A stretch of 64,000 bases of DNA from Acidimicrobiales bacterium (GTDB taxonomy: Bacteria; Actinomycetota; Acidimicrobiia; Acidimicrobiales; SZUA-35): positions 492-64,491 of the forward strand of contig JBBKXQ010000161.1 in assembly GCA_037969565.1 (NCBI GenBank), read 5' to 3'. Below the pieces are notes generated by a model. That model saw only the letters and a list, made by a program, of their open reading frames with translations, did not search any database and was not told the origin of the DNA. Position 1 is the stretch's first letter. Each line of letters starts with the position of its first letter. This document shows, in pieces, positions 27,657 to 38,100 of this stretch. Made by a program: the position numbers and the translations under genes.

Positions 27657-28763
27657 ATGCCCGCTGCCGAGCCGACACCGACCCTGCCGGCATTCAGCCG
27701 TGGCTGTGTCTCCGACATCGTTCCCATCATGCTCGGGCGGGTACCCCCAAACCCTGGTACGCCGCTACCAGACACGGGTGGGGCCCGGGTTCTGCTCGTA
27801 CTCGACGGCCTCGGATGGAATCAGCTCCAACAACGTTCGATGATTGCCCCGATCATGACATCGATGGGTGGTGCGGCGATCACCACCGTGGCTCCGTCGA
27901 CCACCGCAACGGCCCTCACCTCGATCACCACCGGTCTCACTCCGGGGGAGCACGGCATCGTCGGGTATCGAATGGCGATCGACGGGGCCGTGCTCAACGC
28001 CCTGCGGTGGGGCACCAAGAATCGGCCCGATGAGCGCAAGACCATTCCTCCATCATCGCTGCAACCGTTCGAGCCCTTTCTCGGCGAGCGGGTGAGCTAC
28101 GTCTCCAAGGCCGAGTTCGCCCGTACCGGCTTCACCCAGGCACATTTGCGTGGCGCCGAACTCCATGGCTACCGGACCACTGCGGTGATGGTGCACGAAG
28201 TCGCACGCCTCGTCACCGAAGGCGCGCCCTTCGTCTACGCCTACTACGACGGCATCGACAAGGTTTCGCACGAATATGGGCTGGGATCGGTCTTCGATGC
28301 AGAGGTGGCGTTCGTCGACCGACTGGTCGGCGACATCATCGCCGCCGTGCCCAGCGGCACCCAGGTCGTGGTCACCGCCGATCACGGCCAGGTCGATTGC
28401 GGTTCCGCCCTCGAGCCCATCAACGAGGACGTGCTCCACCTCTGTGAGAGCTTGTCGGGCGAGGCTCGCTTCCGATGGCTCCATGCTCGGCGAGGAGCGC
28501 ACGTCGAACTCGAGGCCGTCGCACGCGACCGGCATGGTGACGTGGCATGGATCGTCCCGTTCGAACGGATGGTCGACGAACACTGGTTCGGGCCCACCAT
28601 GCGATCCGAGGTGCGCGACCGTTTCGGCGACGTAGCGCTGCTCCCATTCGAACCGATGGGTTTCGACGACCCCGACGATGGTGGATCATTCCCGCTCATC
28701 GGACGCCACGGCTCGCTTACCGCCGACGAAATGCTCGTGCCGTTATTACATGTTGTCGGCTGA
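27657..28763 (+). CDS. alkaline phosphatase superfamily (phosphodiesterase/PglZ-like) protein
   Basis: VLLVLDGLGWNQL and PSTTATALTSITTGLTPGEHG (metal/nucleophile-Thr region), plus a late TADHGQ motif. Confidence 0.6.
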   Translation: MPAAEPTPTLPAFSRGCVSDIVPIMLGRVPPNPGTPLPDTGGARVLLVLDGLGWNQLQQRSMIAPIMTSMGGAAITTVAPSTTATALTSITTGLTPGEHGIVGYRMAIDGAVLNALRWGTKNRPDERKTIPPSSLQPFEPFLGERVSYVSKAEFARTGFTQAHLRGAELHGYRTTAVMVHEVARLVTEGAPFVYAYYDGIDKVSHEYGLGSVFDAEVAFVDRLVGDIIAAVPSGTQVVVTADHGQVDCGSALEPINEDVLHLCESLSGEARFRWLHARRGAHVELEAVARDRHGDVAWIVPFERMVDEHWFGPTMRSEVRDRFGDVALLPFEPMGFDDPDDGGSFPLIGRHGSLTADEMLVPLLHVVG

Positions 28764-28765
28764 CG

Positions 28766-30535
28766 TCAGCGGGTCCAGGCGGCGTAGAGGGTGGCGTAGG
28801 CCCCGCCTCGGGCCACGAGTTCGGCGTGCGTTCCGAGCTCCACGAGGCCCCCGGCGTCGATGACCGCCACTCGATCACAGCGGGCCGCCGTGCTGAGTCG
28901 GTGGGCGATGACGATCACCGTCCGTTGTTCCATCAGCGAATCCATCGCTTGCTCGACCGTGGCTTCGGTTCCGGGGTCGAGGCTCGAGGTGGCCTCGTCG
29001 AGAATCAGAATCGCGGGATCCACCAGCGCGGCTCGAGCGAGGGACACGAGTTGCTTCTCGCCGGCCGACAATCGGCTGCCTCGTTCGTTGACCTCGGTAG
29101 CGAGGCCTTGGGCGAAGGTGTCGAAGGCGTTCGACATCCCGATACGGATCAACGCCTGGGTGATGTCCTCGTCGGTGGCGCGAGGCTTGGCCACTCGAAT
29201 GTTGTCGGCAATGGTGCCGGTGAAGAGGAAGCCCTCCTGAGGGACCAGCACGATCTGCTCACGGAGGGAGGCCATCGACGCGCTGCGAAGATCCACACCC
29301 CCGACCGAGATCGTGCCCGCGGAAGGGTCGTAGATCCGAGCGACGAGCTTCGCCAGCGTCGACTTTCCGGCGCCCGTGGGGCCGACGAACGCGATTCGTT
29401 CACCCGCCCTGATGTGGAGATCGATGTTCTCCACGACCAGATCGGTTCCGTAGCCGAAGGCAACCCCGGACACCTCGATGTCGCCATCGGGAGGTAATTC
29501 TCGTGCATTGGCCACCTCGTCGACATCGATCGGATCATCGAGAATTCCGTAGATCTTCGACAGCGAAGCCGTGGCCGACTGCATCATGTTGAACAACTGA
29601 CTCAGCTGCTGAACCGGTTCGAACAGCCCCTGCAGGATCAGGATGAACGCCACGACCGTGCCCAGGGAGATCTGGCCGTTCGCGGCGAGCCAACCACCGA
29701 CGCCGACGGCGAGCGCCGTCGTGATCGATCCGGCCAAGTCGACGATCGGTAGGTACCACGCCGAGATCTTGACCGACCGCATGTGGCTTCGAAACAATCG
29801 CCGATTGGTGATGGCGAATTGTTCAGCCTGGCGTTCCTCGCCGACATAGGCCTGGACGACACGCACCCCGCTGATGCCTTCCTGAAGTCCGGAGAGGGTG
29901 GCCCCGATCTGGTCCCTCACGTGGAGGTAGGCCTGATTCGATTCCCGTTGGAATCGGGCGCTGGCGATGACGACAACCGGCACGGCCACGAGGCAGACGA
30001 GCGTCAACTTCCAGCTGAGAACCAGGAGCACGACCAAGGTTCCCAGCAGCAACAGGGAGGCACTCGTGAACATCAAGAGCCCGAACTGCACGAGCTCTTG
30101 AAGCGAATCGACGTCGGAGGTCATTCGCGAGACGATCACGCCCGCCTTTTCACGGTCGTAGAACGTCATCGACTGCCGCAGGAGTTTGCCGAACAATCGA
30201 TTTCGAAGATCTCGCAGATATCCCTCGCCGACCCGGGCCAACGTGATGATCGCGATCCGGTAGGTGATGTAACCGACGATCGCAACGGCGACGTAGAGAC
30301 CGATCGACACGTTCAGCGCGGTTCTACTGTTGCCGCGCAAGCCGAGATCGATGGCTCGCCCAACGAGCAGGGGACCGGCCAAGGTGGTCGACGTCCACAG
30401 TGCGAGCAGGAAGAACGCCAACCCGGCGCTTCGGCGGTAGGGGCCGAGCATGTCGGTCGTGCGGCGAAGAACGGCGGCCGCCTCACGTTTGTCCAGCTTG
30501 TCGGCGTCATCGACGCTGGCGATCGACCAACCCAT
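28766..30535 (-). CDS. ABC exporter, fused TMD-NBD subunit
   Basis: Six-TM N-domain, Walker A GPTGAGKST, signature LSAGEKQ, Walker B ILILDEATS. Confidence 0.85.
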   Translation of the reverse strand: MGWSIASVDDADKLDKREAAAVLRRTTDMLGPYRRSAGLAFFLLALWTSTTLAGPLLVGRAIDLGLRGNSRTALNVSIGLYVAVAIVGYITYRIAIITLARVGEGYLRDLRNRLFGKLLRQSMTFYDREKAGVIVSRMTSDVDSLQELVQFGLLMFTSASLLLLGTLVVLLVLSWKLTLVCLVAVPVVVIASARFQRESNQAYLHVRDQIGATLSGLQEGISGVRVVQAYVGEERQAEQFAITNRRLFRSHMRSVKISAWYLPIVDLAGSITTALAVGVGGWLAANGQISLGTVVAFILILQGLFEPVQQLSQLFNMMQSATASLSKIYGILDDPIDVDEVANARELPPDGDIEVSGVAFGYGTDLVVENIDLHIRAGERIAFVGPTGAGKSTLAKLVARIYDPSAGTISVGGVDLRSASMASLREQIVLVPQEGFLFTGTIADNIRVAKPRATDEDITQALIRIGMSNAFDTFAQGLATEVNERGSRLSAGEKQLVSLARAALVDPAILILDEATSSLDPGTEATVEQAMDSLMEQRTVIVIAHRLSTAARCDRVAVIDAGGLVELGTHAELVARGGAYATLYAAWTR

Positions 30536-32397
30536 CAGCGGTTCTCCGATGTCGACTCGGTGACCGATGGTTCAGGGACCGTTTGGTCGGACGGCGATTC
30601 ACTGTCAGCAGCCAGGACGGTCCGATAGAGGGCGTTGTCGGCCAGAAGCTCTGCGTGGGTGCCTTCGGCCGCGATCCGCCCTTCATGCAAGAAGATCACT
30701 CGATCGGCGAGCGCGATCGTTGCCGGACGGTGGGCGATCACCAGGGTGGTGCGTTTCTCCATGACCTCACCGAGCGCATCACGAATCTCGTGCTCCTTCG
30801 AGGGGTCGACCGCCGAGGTGGCATCGTCGAGGATCAACACACGCGGGTCGGCGATAATCGCACGAGCGATCGCCAGACGTTGCCGCTGGCCGCCGGAAAG
30901 AGAAAAGCCTCGTTCGCCGATGGCGGTGTCGTATCCATCCGGGAGTTCGTTGATGAACGCCGCTGCTCCGGCGAGCTCGGCTGCCTTCATCATCGCGGCG
31001 TCACTCGCCTCGGGATCGGCGAATCGGATGTTCTCACCGATCGTCGAGCTGAACAGGAATGTTTCTTCGAAGACGATGGCAATGGCCCGCCGCAATTCAT
31101 GTCGGGCGAGGTCGCGCACGTCGATTCCGTCGAGGAGCACGGCGCCAGCGTCGACATCGTAGAACCGGGGCAGTAATCGGGCCACGGTGCTTTTCCCAGA
31201 GCCCGTGGCCCCGACCAGGGCCACCGACTCGCCGGCTTCGATGATGAGATCGAGGTCGTTGAGAACGCCGGCCCCTGGCGACAGCGCCGCCGAGGTGACG
31301 GTGTTCGTTCCCAACGGGGAGCTCATCAGCGGATCGACGTCGTAGGTGAACTGGACCCGGCGAAATTCGACTCGGCCCAACGGCCCGGATCGGGGCAGGG
31401 GGAGGGGATGGGCTGGGTCGACGATCTGCGGCGCGGTGGCAAGCACGGCGTGGATGCGCTGACCGGCAGCCGAGGCTCGTTGCCCATTGGCCACCATCAT
31501 GCCGAGGGTCCGCAACGGGTTGAGCAACATGAGCACATAGATGTTGAACGCCACCAGTTCGCCGACGGACATGCGCTCATCGAGAACGAGGTGGCCACCG
31601 ACGGCCAGGACGATGATCAGGCTGACGCTGGGGAGCACGTCCATCGCCGGCAAGAACGTTGCCCGTGTCGCCGACGCCAGCATCGATTGTTCGTAGACAT
31701 CGTCGGCCTCGACGGCCAGCTTGTCGGCCTGCACCTGTTCGGAGCCGAATCCCTTGATCACGCGAATTCCGGCCACCGATTCCTCGACCACCGAGGCCAG
31801 CTCGGCCGACTCCCGTTGGATCCCCATGACGGCCGGGTGGAGACGCTGGGCGAACTTCCTGGCGAACAGATTGACCAGGGGGAGAATGGCCAGCGCGCAA
31901 ATGGCCAAGAACGGTTGCAGGACGAACATGATCACCGTCGCCGCCGCGACGACGGTGACGCTGCCCGCCGTGAGGGGAATCAGCGTGATGAAGTTCTGAA
32001 AATGCTGGAGGTCGGTGTTCGCTCGACTCATCAGGTCGCCCGTAGCCATCGCATCGTGAAATGCGAAGTGCAACCGTTGAATGTGGGTGAAGATCCGATC
32101 TCGAAGCTTGGCCTCGACCAGGCGTGCATTGAAGAATGCGACGTAGCGGCGTAGACCCAGGAAAACAGCCGAAACGACCCCGGCGGCGGCGATGAGGCTC
32201 GCCCACACGGCCAAGCCCTGTTTTTGTTCGATGCCGCGATCGATGGCCAGTTGGATGAGCAGCGGAATGGCCACCCGCGACGCGCTCCACACCAGCGACA
32301 CGCCCATCCCGAGTGCCAACCCCTTCCGTTCTTCACGGATGCTGGAGCGCAGCAGCGTCCACCCTGCGTTCTTGGCCGACTCGGTCACCTGGTGCAC
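30535..32397 (-). CDS. ABC exporter, fused TMD-NBD subunit (partner)
   Basis: Walker A GATGSGKST, signature LSGGQRQ, Walker B VLILDDATS. Its stop overlaps the downstream partner's start as TGATG. Confidence 0.85.
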   Translation of the reverse strand: MHQVTESAKNAGWTLLRSSIREERKGLALGMGVSLVWSASRVAIPLLIQLAIDRGIEQKQGLAVWASLIAAAGVVSAVFLGLRRYVAFFNARLVEAKLRDRIFTHIQRLHFAFHDAMATGDLMSRANTDLQHFQNFITLIPLTAGSVTVVAAATVIMFVLQPFLAICALAILPLVNLFARKFAQRLHPAVMGIQRESAELASVVEESVAGIRVIKGFGSEQVQADKLAVEADDVYEQSMLASATRATFLPAMDVLPSVSLIIVLAVGGHLVLDERMSVGELVAFNIYVLMLLNPLRTLGMMVANGQRASAAGQRIHAVLATAPQIVDPAHPLPLPRSGPLGRVEFRRVQFTYDVDPLMSSPLGTNTVTSAALSPGAGVLNDLDLIIEAGESVALVGATGSGKSTVARLLPRFYDVDAGAVLLDGIDVRDLARHELRRAIAIVFEETFLFSSTIGENIRFADPEASDAAMMKAAELAGAAAFINELPDGYDTAIGERGFSLSGGQRQRLAIARAIIADPRVLILDDATSAVDPSKEHEIRDALGEVMEKRTTLVIAHRPATIALADRVIFLHEGRIAAEGTHAELLADNALYRTVLAADSESPSDQTVPEPSVTESTSENR

Positions 32398-32513
32398 AGT
32401 AGGAGCCGACCGAACCCTGAGCGAAGTGAGATGCCCATTCTCGAGAACGGGCCTGAAGGGAGGCTGGCTGCTCGGAGGCGTGGTGCCGGCCTGGGTACTG
32501 CTACAAAAGGGGG

Positions 32514-33017
32514 ATGACCGAAAATCATACGGAACCCGAAGTCTTGGAGGCGAGCGAGGTGACTTCGCCGGAGGATCGAACGGCAGCCGAAGCCCCCGAC
32601 GCCAGCGAGATGCCTCCGGGATCGGTTTCCGAACCAGCCAAGGTCATGCGGATCGGGTCCATGATCAAGCAACTCCTGGAAGAGGTGCGAACCACGAGCC
32701 TCGACGAGCGCGGGCGCCAACGCCTCCGAGAGATCTACGACACGTCGGTCTCGGAACTGTCACAAGCGCTCTCGCCGGATCTCCAGGAAGAACTGGTCCG
32801 AATGGCCATGCCTTTCGGCGACGACGAAGTGCCATCCGAGTCGGAGCTGCGCATCGCTCAGGCCCAACTCGTCGGCTGGCTGGAGGGCCTGTTCCACGGC
32901 ATCCAGGCCACCCTGTTCGCTCAGCAGATGGCGGCCCAACAGCAGCTCGAGCAGATCAAGAGAACACAAGCCCTGCCGCCCGGGTCCGGTGAAATGCCCG
33001 GCGGTGTGTACCTCTGA
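32514..33017 (+). CDS. bpa: bacterial proteasome activator Bpa/PafE-like
   Basis: Conserved core KVMRIGSMIKQLLEEVR...LSPDLQEEL...AQAQLVGWLEGLFHGIQ, with the C-terminus ending GGVYL (compare the GQYL-type tail). Confidence 0.7.
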   Translation: MTENHTEPEVLEASEVTSPEDRTAAEAPDASEMPPGSVSEPAKVMRIGSMIKQLLEEVRTTSLDERGRQRLREIYDTSVSELSQALSPDLQEELVRMAMPFGDDEVPSESELRIAQAQLVGWLEGLFHGIQATLFAQQMAAQQQLEQIKRTQALPPGSGEMPGGVYL

Positions 33018-33176
33018 CGAGTAGGCGAGAACTCCCGCCGAGCATCCTTTCCCGTTTGAGTTTGACGTTTGGGTCACGAAAGCGAAAAACTGACACCGAC
33101 CCGCGATGTGTGAGACGTCCCGGGTTCCGGCCTTCATGGGGGAGTCCGGCCAAGGGGATCAAGGGATCAGGGGATC

Positions 33177-33833
33177 ATGGGGATCGAGGTCTATACCAAG
33201 GACTGCAGCTCGCTGTCTGATGCGGAGTTCGGCGAAATGGCCGACCTCAGCACACATGGAGAGGGCTGGGAAGTCGGTCTGCTGTCGAAACAGGCCGAGA
33301 AATGGGTGCTCATCACCCAGGCGCTCGAGAAGTCGCAGCTTCGTGGATTTGTGTTCAGCACACTCGAGCGCATCGGCGGCACACCATCGTTGGTCATCGG
33401 GTTGGGCTGCGTGCTCCCCACGAAGAACCGCAGCTCGGTCCTTCGTGGCTTGATGCACGATCAGTTCCACAAGACGTTCATGGCCTTCCCCGACGAAGAC
33501 GTCGTGGTCGCAACCAGGATGAACGGCGCCGGCCCCTACGAGGCCTTCGCCCAACTCAGCGGCGTGCAACCGTGGCCCGACACGCGTCCCAACGGCGAGG
33601 AACGAGCCTGGGGCCGACGTTTGGCCAAGCGCTTCGATGCCCTCGCCTTCGATGACCGATCGATGATCGCCACCGGCGACGGAGACAATCTCGTCTTCGA
33701 CCATTCGTCGTTGAAGGACTCCGACGCCCAGCCCGTCTTTGGCGAGTGCGACCGCGCTCAGGAGCAATATGTCGTGTCGTGGGGCTGGGCGATGGCGGAG
33801 TTTCTCGAGCGTTTCGAGCGCCCGGCCACTTGA
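33177..33833 (+). CDS. hypothetical protein (no family recognised)
   Basis: 218-aa ORF with balanced composition, unlike the shadow ORFs. No motif I can assign. Confidence 0.5.
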   Translation: MGIEVYTKDCSSLSDAEFGEMADLSTHGEGWEVGLLSKQAEKWVLITQALEKSQLRGFVFSTLERIGGTPSLVIGLGCVLPTKNRSSVLRGLMHDQFHKTFMAFPDEDVVVATRMNGAGPYEAFAQLSGVQPWPDTRPNGEERAWGRRLAKRFDALAFDDRSMIATGDGDNLVFDHSSLKDSDAQPVFGECDRAQEQYVVSWGWAMAEFLERFERPAT

Positions 33834-34040
33834 GTTCGGGGCCCAGACGAAGGCCTCCAGGTGTGAGCTCTCGTGGCCTTGATCCTGCAATTGGGGTTTG
33901 AGCATCCCTGTCCGTGGGCAGGACGTTGGATGTTCCGGTTCGAACAATCAAGACCTGAACCATAGGCACGCTCTGCTGCCGTCTAATCGCTCACAGTGGT
34001 GAGAGAGTGGGCAATCGGTGTCAAAAACCACCGAGAGTCC

Positions 34041-34069
34041 TTGACGTGTCATTTCCATGGCGTCATTAT
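34041..34069 (+). promoter_or_regulatory. sigma-70-like promoter giving a near-leaderless transcript
   Basis: TTGACG (34041-46), a 17-nt spacer, then CATTAT (34064-69). Only 9 nt separate the -10 box from ATG 34079. Confidence 0.35.
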
Positions 34070-34078
34070 GACGAACGC

Positions 34079-34975
34079 ATGTCGAACGTCATCCCTCCCG
34101 TTCGGCGCTCCCTCCTTTCCTCCGCCCTGCTGCGCTCACTCGTGACCGCGTTGCTTCTTGCGGTCGTTTTGAGTGCTGCGCCCGCCTCCGCCTCGCCGAT
34201 GTCGACTCTCGAGTCCGACCTCGCCCAAGAGTTCCTCGGTCAGCTCAATGCCGAGCGGGGGGCCCGAGGTCTTGCGCCGTTGATCGTCGATTCGGCCATC
34301 ACGCCCGACGCCGCGGCGTGGGCCGCGAGTCTCGTCGCCAGTCAATCGCTCGACCATTCGGGGCTTCCTCGTGCGGAGATCATCGGGCGAGGCGGTCGCA
34401 CCGGTCAGATCACCGAGGCCTGGATGTTGTCATCGGGCCATCGGAACCTCGTGGTCGACGCCAACCTGGGCTACGCCGGCGTGGGCGTGGCCTGTGACAA
34501 CGCCGGTCAGATGTGGGTCGTTGTGCAATTTCGTCGCATCGACACCCGGCTCGGCACGCTCACCTCCTCAGCCAACTCGCCGGTTGTCACCCCCAAGTCC
34601 AACGGTGGAACCTGCGCCCAGGCTCCGGTCAGCGCCACCACCGTCAACAGCATCAAGCGCCTCTACTCGGCCTACTTCCTACGAGATGCCGACCAGCAGG
34701 GCCTCGAATACTGGAAGGGCCAGGCCGGTCGAGGAGTCGACATGCCCGATGTCTCCGAATCCTTCGCCGCTTCATCGGAATTCGGGGCGAGGTACGGTCA
34801 ACTCTCGTCGAAGAACTTTGTCGCCCTCGTCTACACCAACGTGATGGGACGCTCCGCCGACAAGAGCGGATACGACTACTGGCTGCGGAAACTGTCGTCC
34901 GGCATGTCCAGAGGCGAAATGATGACCAACTTCAGCGAGAGCACCGAATATCGGATTCGCACCGGTCTCTCCTGA
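34079..34975 (+). CDS. secreted CAP/SCP-domain protein with C-terminal DUF4214
   Basis: Signal peptide (LLLAVVLSAAPASASP). CAP motifs (LDHSG..., SSGHRNLVVDANLGYAGVGV...WVVVQF). DUF4214 pattern (FVALVYTNVMGRSADKSGYDYW...FSESTEY). Confidence 0.7.
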   Translation: MSNVIPPVRRSLLSSALLRSLVTALLLAVVLSAAPASASPMSTLESDLAQEFLGQLNAERGARGLAPLIVDSAITPDAAAWAASLVASQSLDHSGLPRAEIIGRGGRTGQITEAWMLSSGHRNLVVDANLGYAGVGVACDNAGQMWVVVQFRRIDTRLGTLTSSANSPVVTPKSNGGTCAQAPVSATTVNSIKRLYSAYFLRDADQQGLEYWKGQAGRGVDMPDVSESFAASSEFGARYGQLSSKNFVALVYTNVMGRSADKSGYDYWLRKLSSGMSRGEMMTNFSESTEYRIRTGLS

Positions 34976-35164
34976 GTCGGCACCGATCTCCGGAATCGGC
35001 CACCTCTTTTTTTGGACGAACTCGGCGCGATTCTGTCGCTCCGACCGGCTCGCCGAACTACAGTCTTGTCATTCCGATCCCGGTGATTCGAGGCGTGACG
35101 CGTCGTCGGCGATCGAATCGATTTGCGTCTCTTTCTCTGGGGGCCGCTTCCTGACAGGAGCATT

Positions 35165-38100
35165 GTGGCGTCGTCGTTCACCCATCTTCATGTGCACACC
35201 GAGTATTCGATGCTCGATGGGGCGTCCAGGCTCGATGAGTTGGTCGCCAAGGCAGCCGCAGACGGCATGCCGGCGCTGGGAATCACCGACCACGGCAACA
35301 TGTATGGGGTCCTCGACTTCTACAAGGCCTGTCGAGCCAAGGACATCAACCCCGTCATCGGCATCGAGCTCTACCAAGCCGACGAGTCTCGCCACGAGCG
35401 TCCGAGCCGGCGGGGCAAGGTCGACGACTCCGGCGGCAACACCGACGGTGGAAAGAAGCTCTACTACCACCTCATCGCGTTGGCTGAGAACAACACGGGC
35501 TACAAGAACCTGATCCAACTGGCCTCTCGGGCCTACATGGAGGGCTACTACTTCAAGCCCCGAGTCGACTGGGAAGTCCTCGCCGAACACAGCGAGGGAG
35601 TGATCGCCACCACGGGTTGCCTCGGTGGCCACGTACTGCAATCGCTGCTCCAGGGAAACGAACGGCTTGCGCTCGAGAAAGCGGCCCGATTGCAGGACAT
35701 CTTCGGTCGCGACAATCTTTTCGTCGAACTCCAAGACCATGGAATCCCCGAGCAGATCCGAACCAATCCGCAATTGATCGACATCGCCCGCAAGATCAAC
35801 GCGCCATTGATCGTCACCAACGATTCCCACTACACCGACGAGCACGACCACGACGCCCACGATGCGCTGTTGTGTGTGCAGACCGGTTCCCTGATGAGTG
35901 ACCCGGACCGTTTCAAGTTCAGCGGCAACCAGCACTATCTGAAAACGGCGCAGGAGATGCGCCACCAATGGGCCGAACTCCCCGAAGCGTGCGACAACAC
36001 GCTTTGGATCGCCGAGCGTTGCAAGGTCGAGATCGAATTCGGCAAACCCCAGCTGCCGGAGTTCCCGATCCCGGACGGGTTCGCCGACTCCGACGCCTAT
36101 CTGCTTCATCTCACCATGGAGGGGGCCAGGAAGCGGTGGGGACAAAACCTCACCGACGATGTCACCGATCGCCTGGTCTTCGAACTCGAGACCATCAAGA
36201 ACATGGGCTTCAGCTCGTACTTCCTGATCACGTGGGACATGATCCGCTATGCCCGAGAAGTTGGCATTCGTGTCGGCCCGGGTCGTGGTTCGGCTGCCGG
36301 ATGTGCGGTTGCCTACAGCCTGAGGATCACCGACCTCGATCCGATCAAGTACGACCTCCTCTTCGAACGGTTCCTCAATCCGTCCCGAATCTCGATGCCC
36401 GACATCGACATGGACTTCGACTCTCGGTATCGCGACCAGATGATCCGTTACTGCGCCGAACGCTACGGCCGCGACCACGTGGCCCAGATCGTCACGTTCG
36501 GACAGATCAAGGCTCGAGCCGCGGTGCGTGACGGCGCCCGTGTTCTCGGTTACCCCTATGTGGTCGGCGACAAGATCGCCAAGGCGATGCCGCCACTGAT
36601 CATGGGTCGCGACACGCCGCTCAAGTACTGCTTCGAGAAGACGGAGAAATACAAAGACGGCTACGCCATGGCCACTGAGCTACGAGCGATGACCGAAACC
36701 GACCCCGACGTGAGCAAAGTGATCGAGGTGGCCAAAGGCCTCGAAGGGCTTCGCCGATCCGACGGCATCCACGCCGCCGCCGTGGTGATCACCAAGGATC
36801 CACTCACCACCTACCTGCCGATTCAGCGAAAGCCCGAAGCGGGCAAACCAATCGAAGAATCACCGGTTGTCACGCAATACGAGATGAACGGCGTGGAATC
36901 CCTCGGCCTGCTCAAGATGGACTTCCTCGGTCTGCGCAACCTCGACGTGATCACTGACTCGGTTGAACTCATCGAGCAGGTCCACGGGATTTCGATCGAC
37001 ATCGACCAGGTCGATCTCGAAGACGCCAACACCTACAAGCTGCTGCAGGCGGGCCAGACGGTCGGTGTGTTCCAACTCGAGTCGCCGCCGATGCGCACCT
37101 TGATGCGGTCGATGGCCCCCACTGCCTTCGAAGACGTTGCCGCTCTGGTTGCCCTGTATCGGCCCGGGCCGATGGCGGCCAACATGCACAACGACTACGC
37201 CGACCGCAAGAACGGGCGCCAAGACGTCACCTACGTGCACGCGGACGCCGAAGAGCTCATGGGTGAGACCTACGGGCTCATGATCTACCAAGAGCAGATG
37301 ATGCGTGCGAGCCAGAAGTTCGCCGGGTACTCACTGGCCGAGGCCGACAACCTCCGTAAGGCAGCCGGTAAGAAAAACCGCGAACTCATGGCCAAGGAAC
37401 GCCAGAAGTTCGTCGACGGATGCGAAGCGAACGACTACGGGGCCGCGTTCGGCGAGGATCTCTTCACCACGATCGAGGGATTCGCCGACTACGCCTTCAA
37501 CAAGAGCCACTCTTATGGGTACGGGTTCGTCAGCTTCCAGACGGCCTTTCTCAAGGCCAACTACCCCGTCGAGTACTTCGCTTCTCTGCTCACCAGCGTG
37601 AAGTCCAACCTCGACAAAGCAGGCATTTACCTCAACGAGTGCCGCCAGCTGAGCATCTCGGTGCTCGTCCCCGATGTCAACCGGTCCGAACTGAACTTCG
37701 GCTCGATCCCGAACCCCCAAGCCTCCACCACCTCTGCCGGTCCCGTCAACGACTTCAATGCGATCACCTTCGGCCTTTCCGCGGTTCGTAACGTCGGAGA
37801 GTCGCTCGTCGAGTTGATCATCAGAGAACGTCGGGCCAACGGGCCCTTCGAGGACTTCATCGACTTCGTCGAACGGGTCGATTACAACGTCCTCAACAAA
37901 CGCGCGATCGAGTCCTTGATCAAGGCGGGCGGCTTCGACTCACTCGGGCACGCCAGACAAGGCCTGTTGCTCGTCTTCGAGGAAATCATCGACAAGACAA
38001 TTTCCTCTCGCAAAGAGCACGACATGGGTGTCATGACCCTCTTCGGAGCCATGGAGGACTCAACCGGTCCTTCTTTCGACGACCGACCCGAGATCTCCTC

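Noticed and set aside
27657-28763. The alkaline-phosphatase/PglZ-like protein as a hint of a BREX-type defence system.
   Set aside because: It is a 368-aa stand-alone enzyme with housekeeping neighbours (an Rrf2 regulator and an ABC exporter). No methyltransferase, ATPase, Lon-like or other BREX/DISARM partners are present.
33937-33945. GGTTCGAAC, resembling a tRNA T-loop, in the 245-bp intergenic region before the CAP-domain gene.
   Set aside because: The flanks do not form a T-stem, acceptor stem or anticodon arm on either strand. No cloverleaf can be drawn.
34983-35013. Possible intrinsic terminator after the CAP/DUF4214 gene: a CCGAT/ATCGG stem followed by a run of seven T.
   Set aside because: The stem is only 5 bp and is separated from the T-run by 7 nt. 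This is too weak to call, although the T7 run is conspicuous in this GC-rich context.
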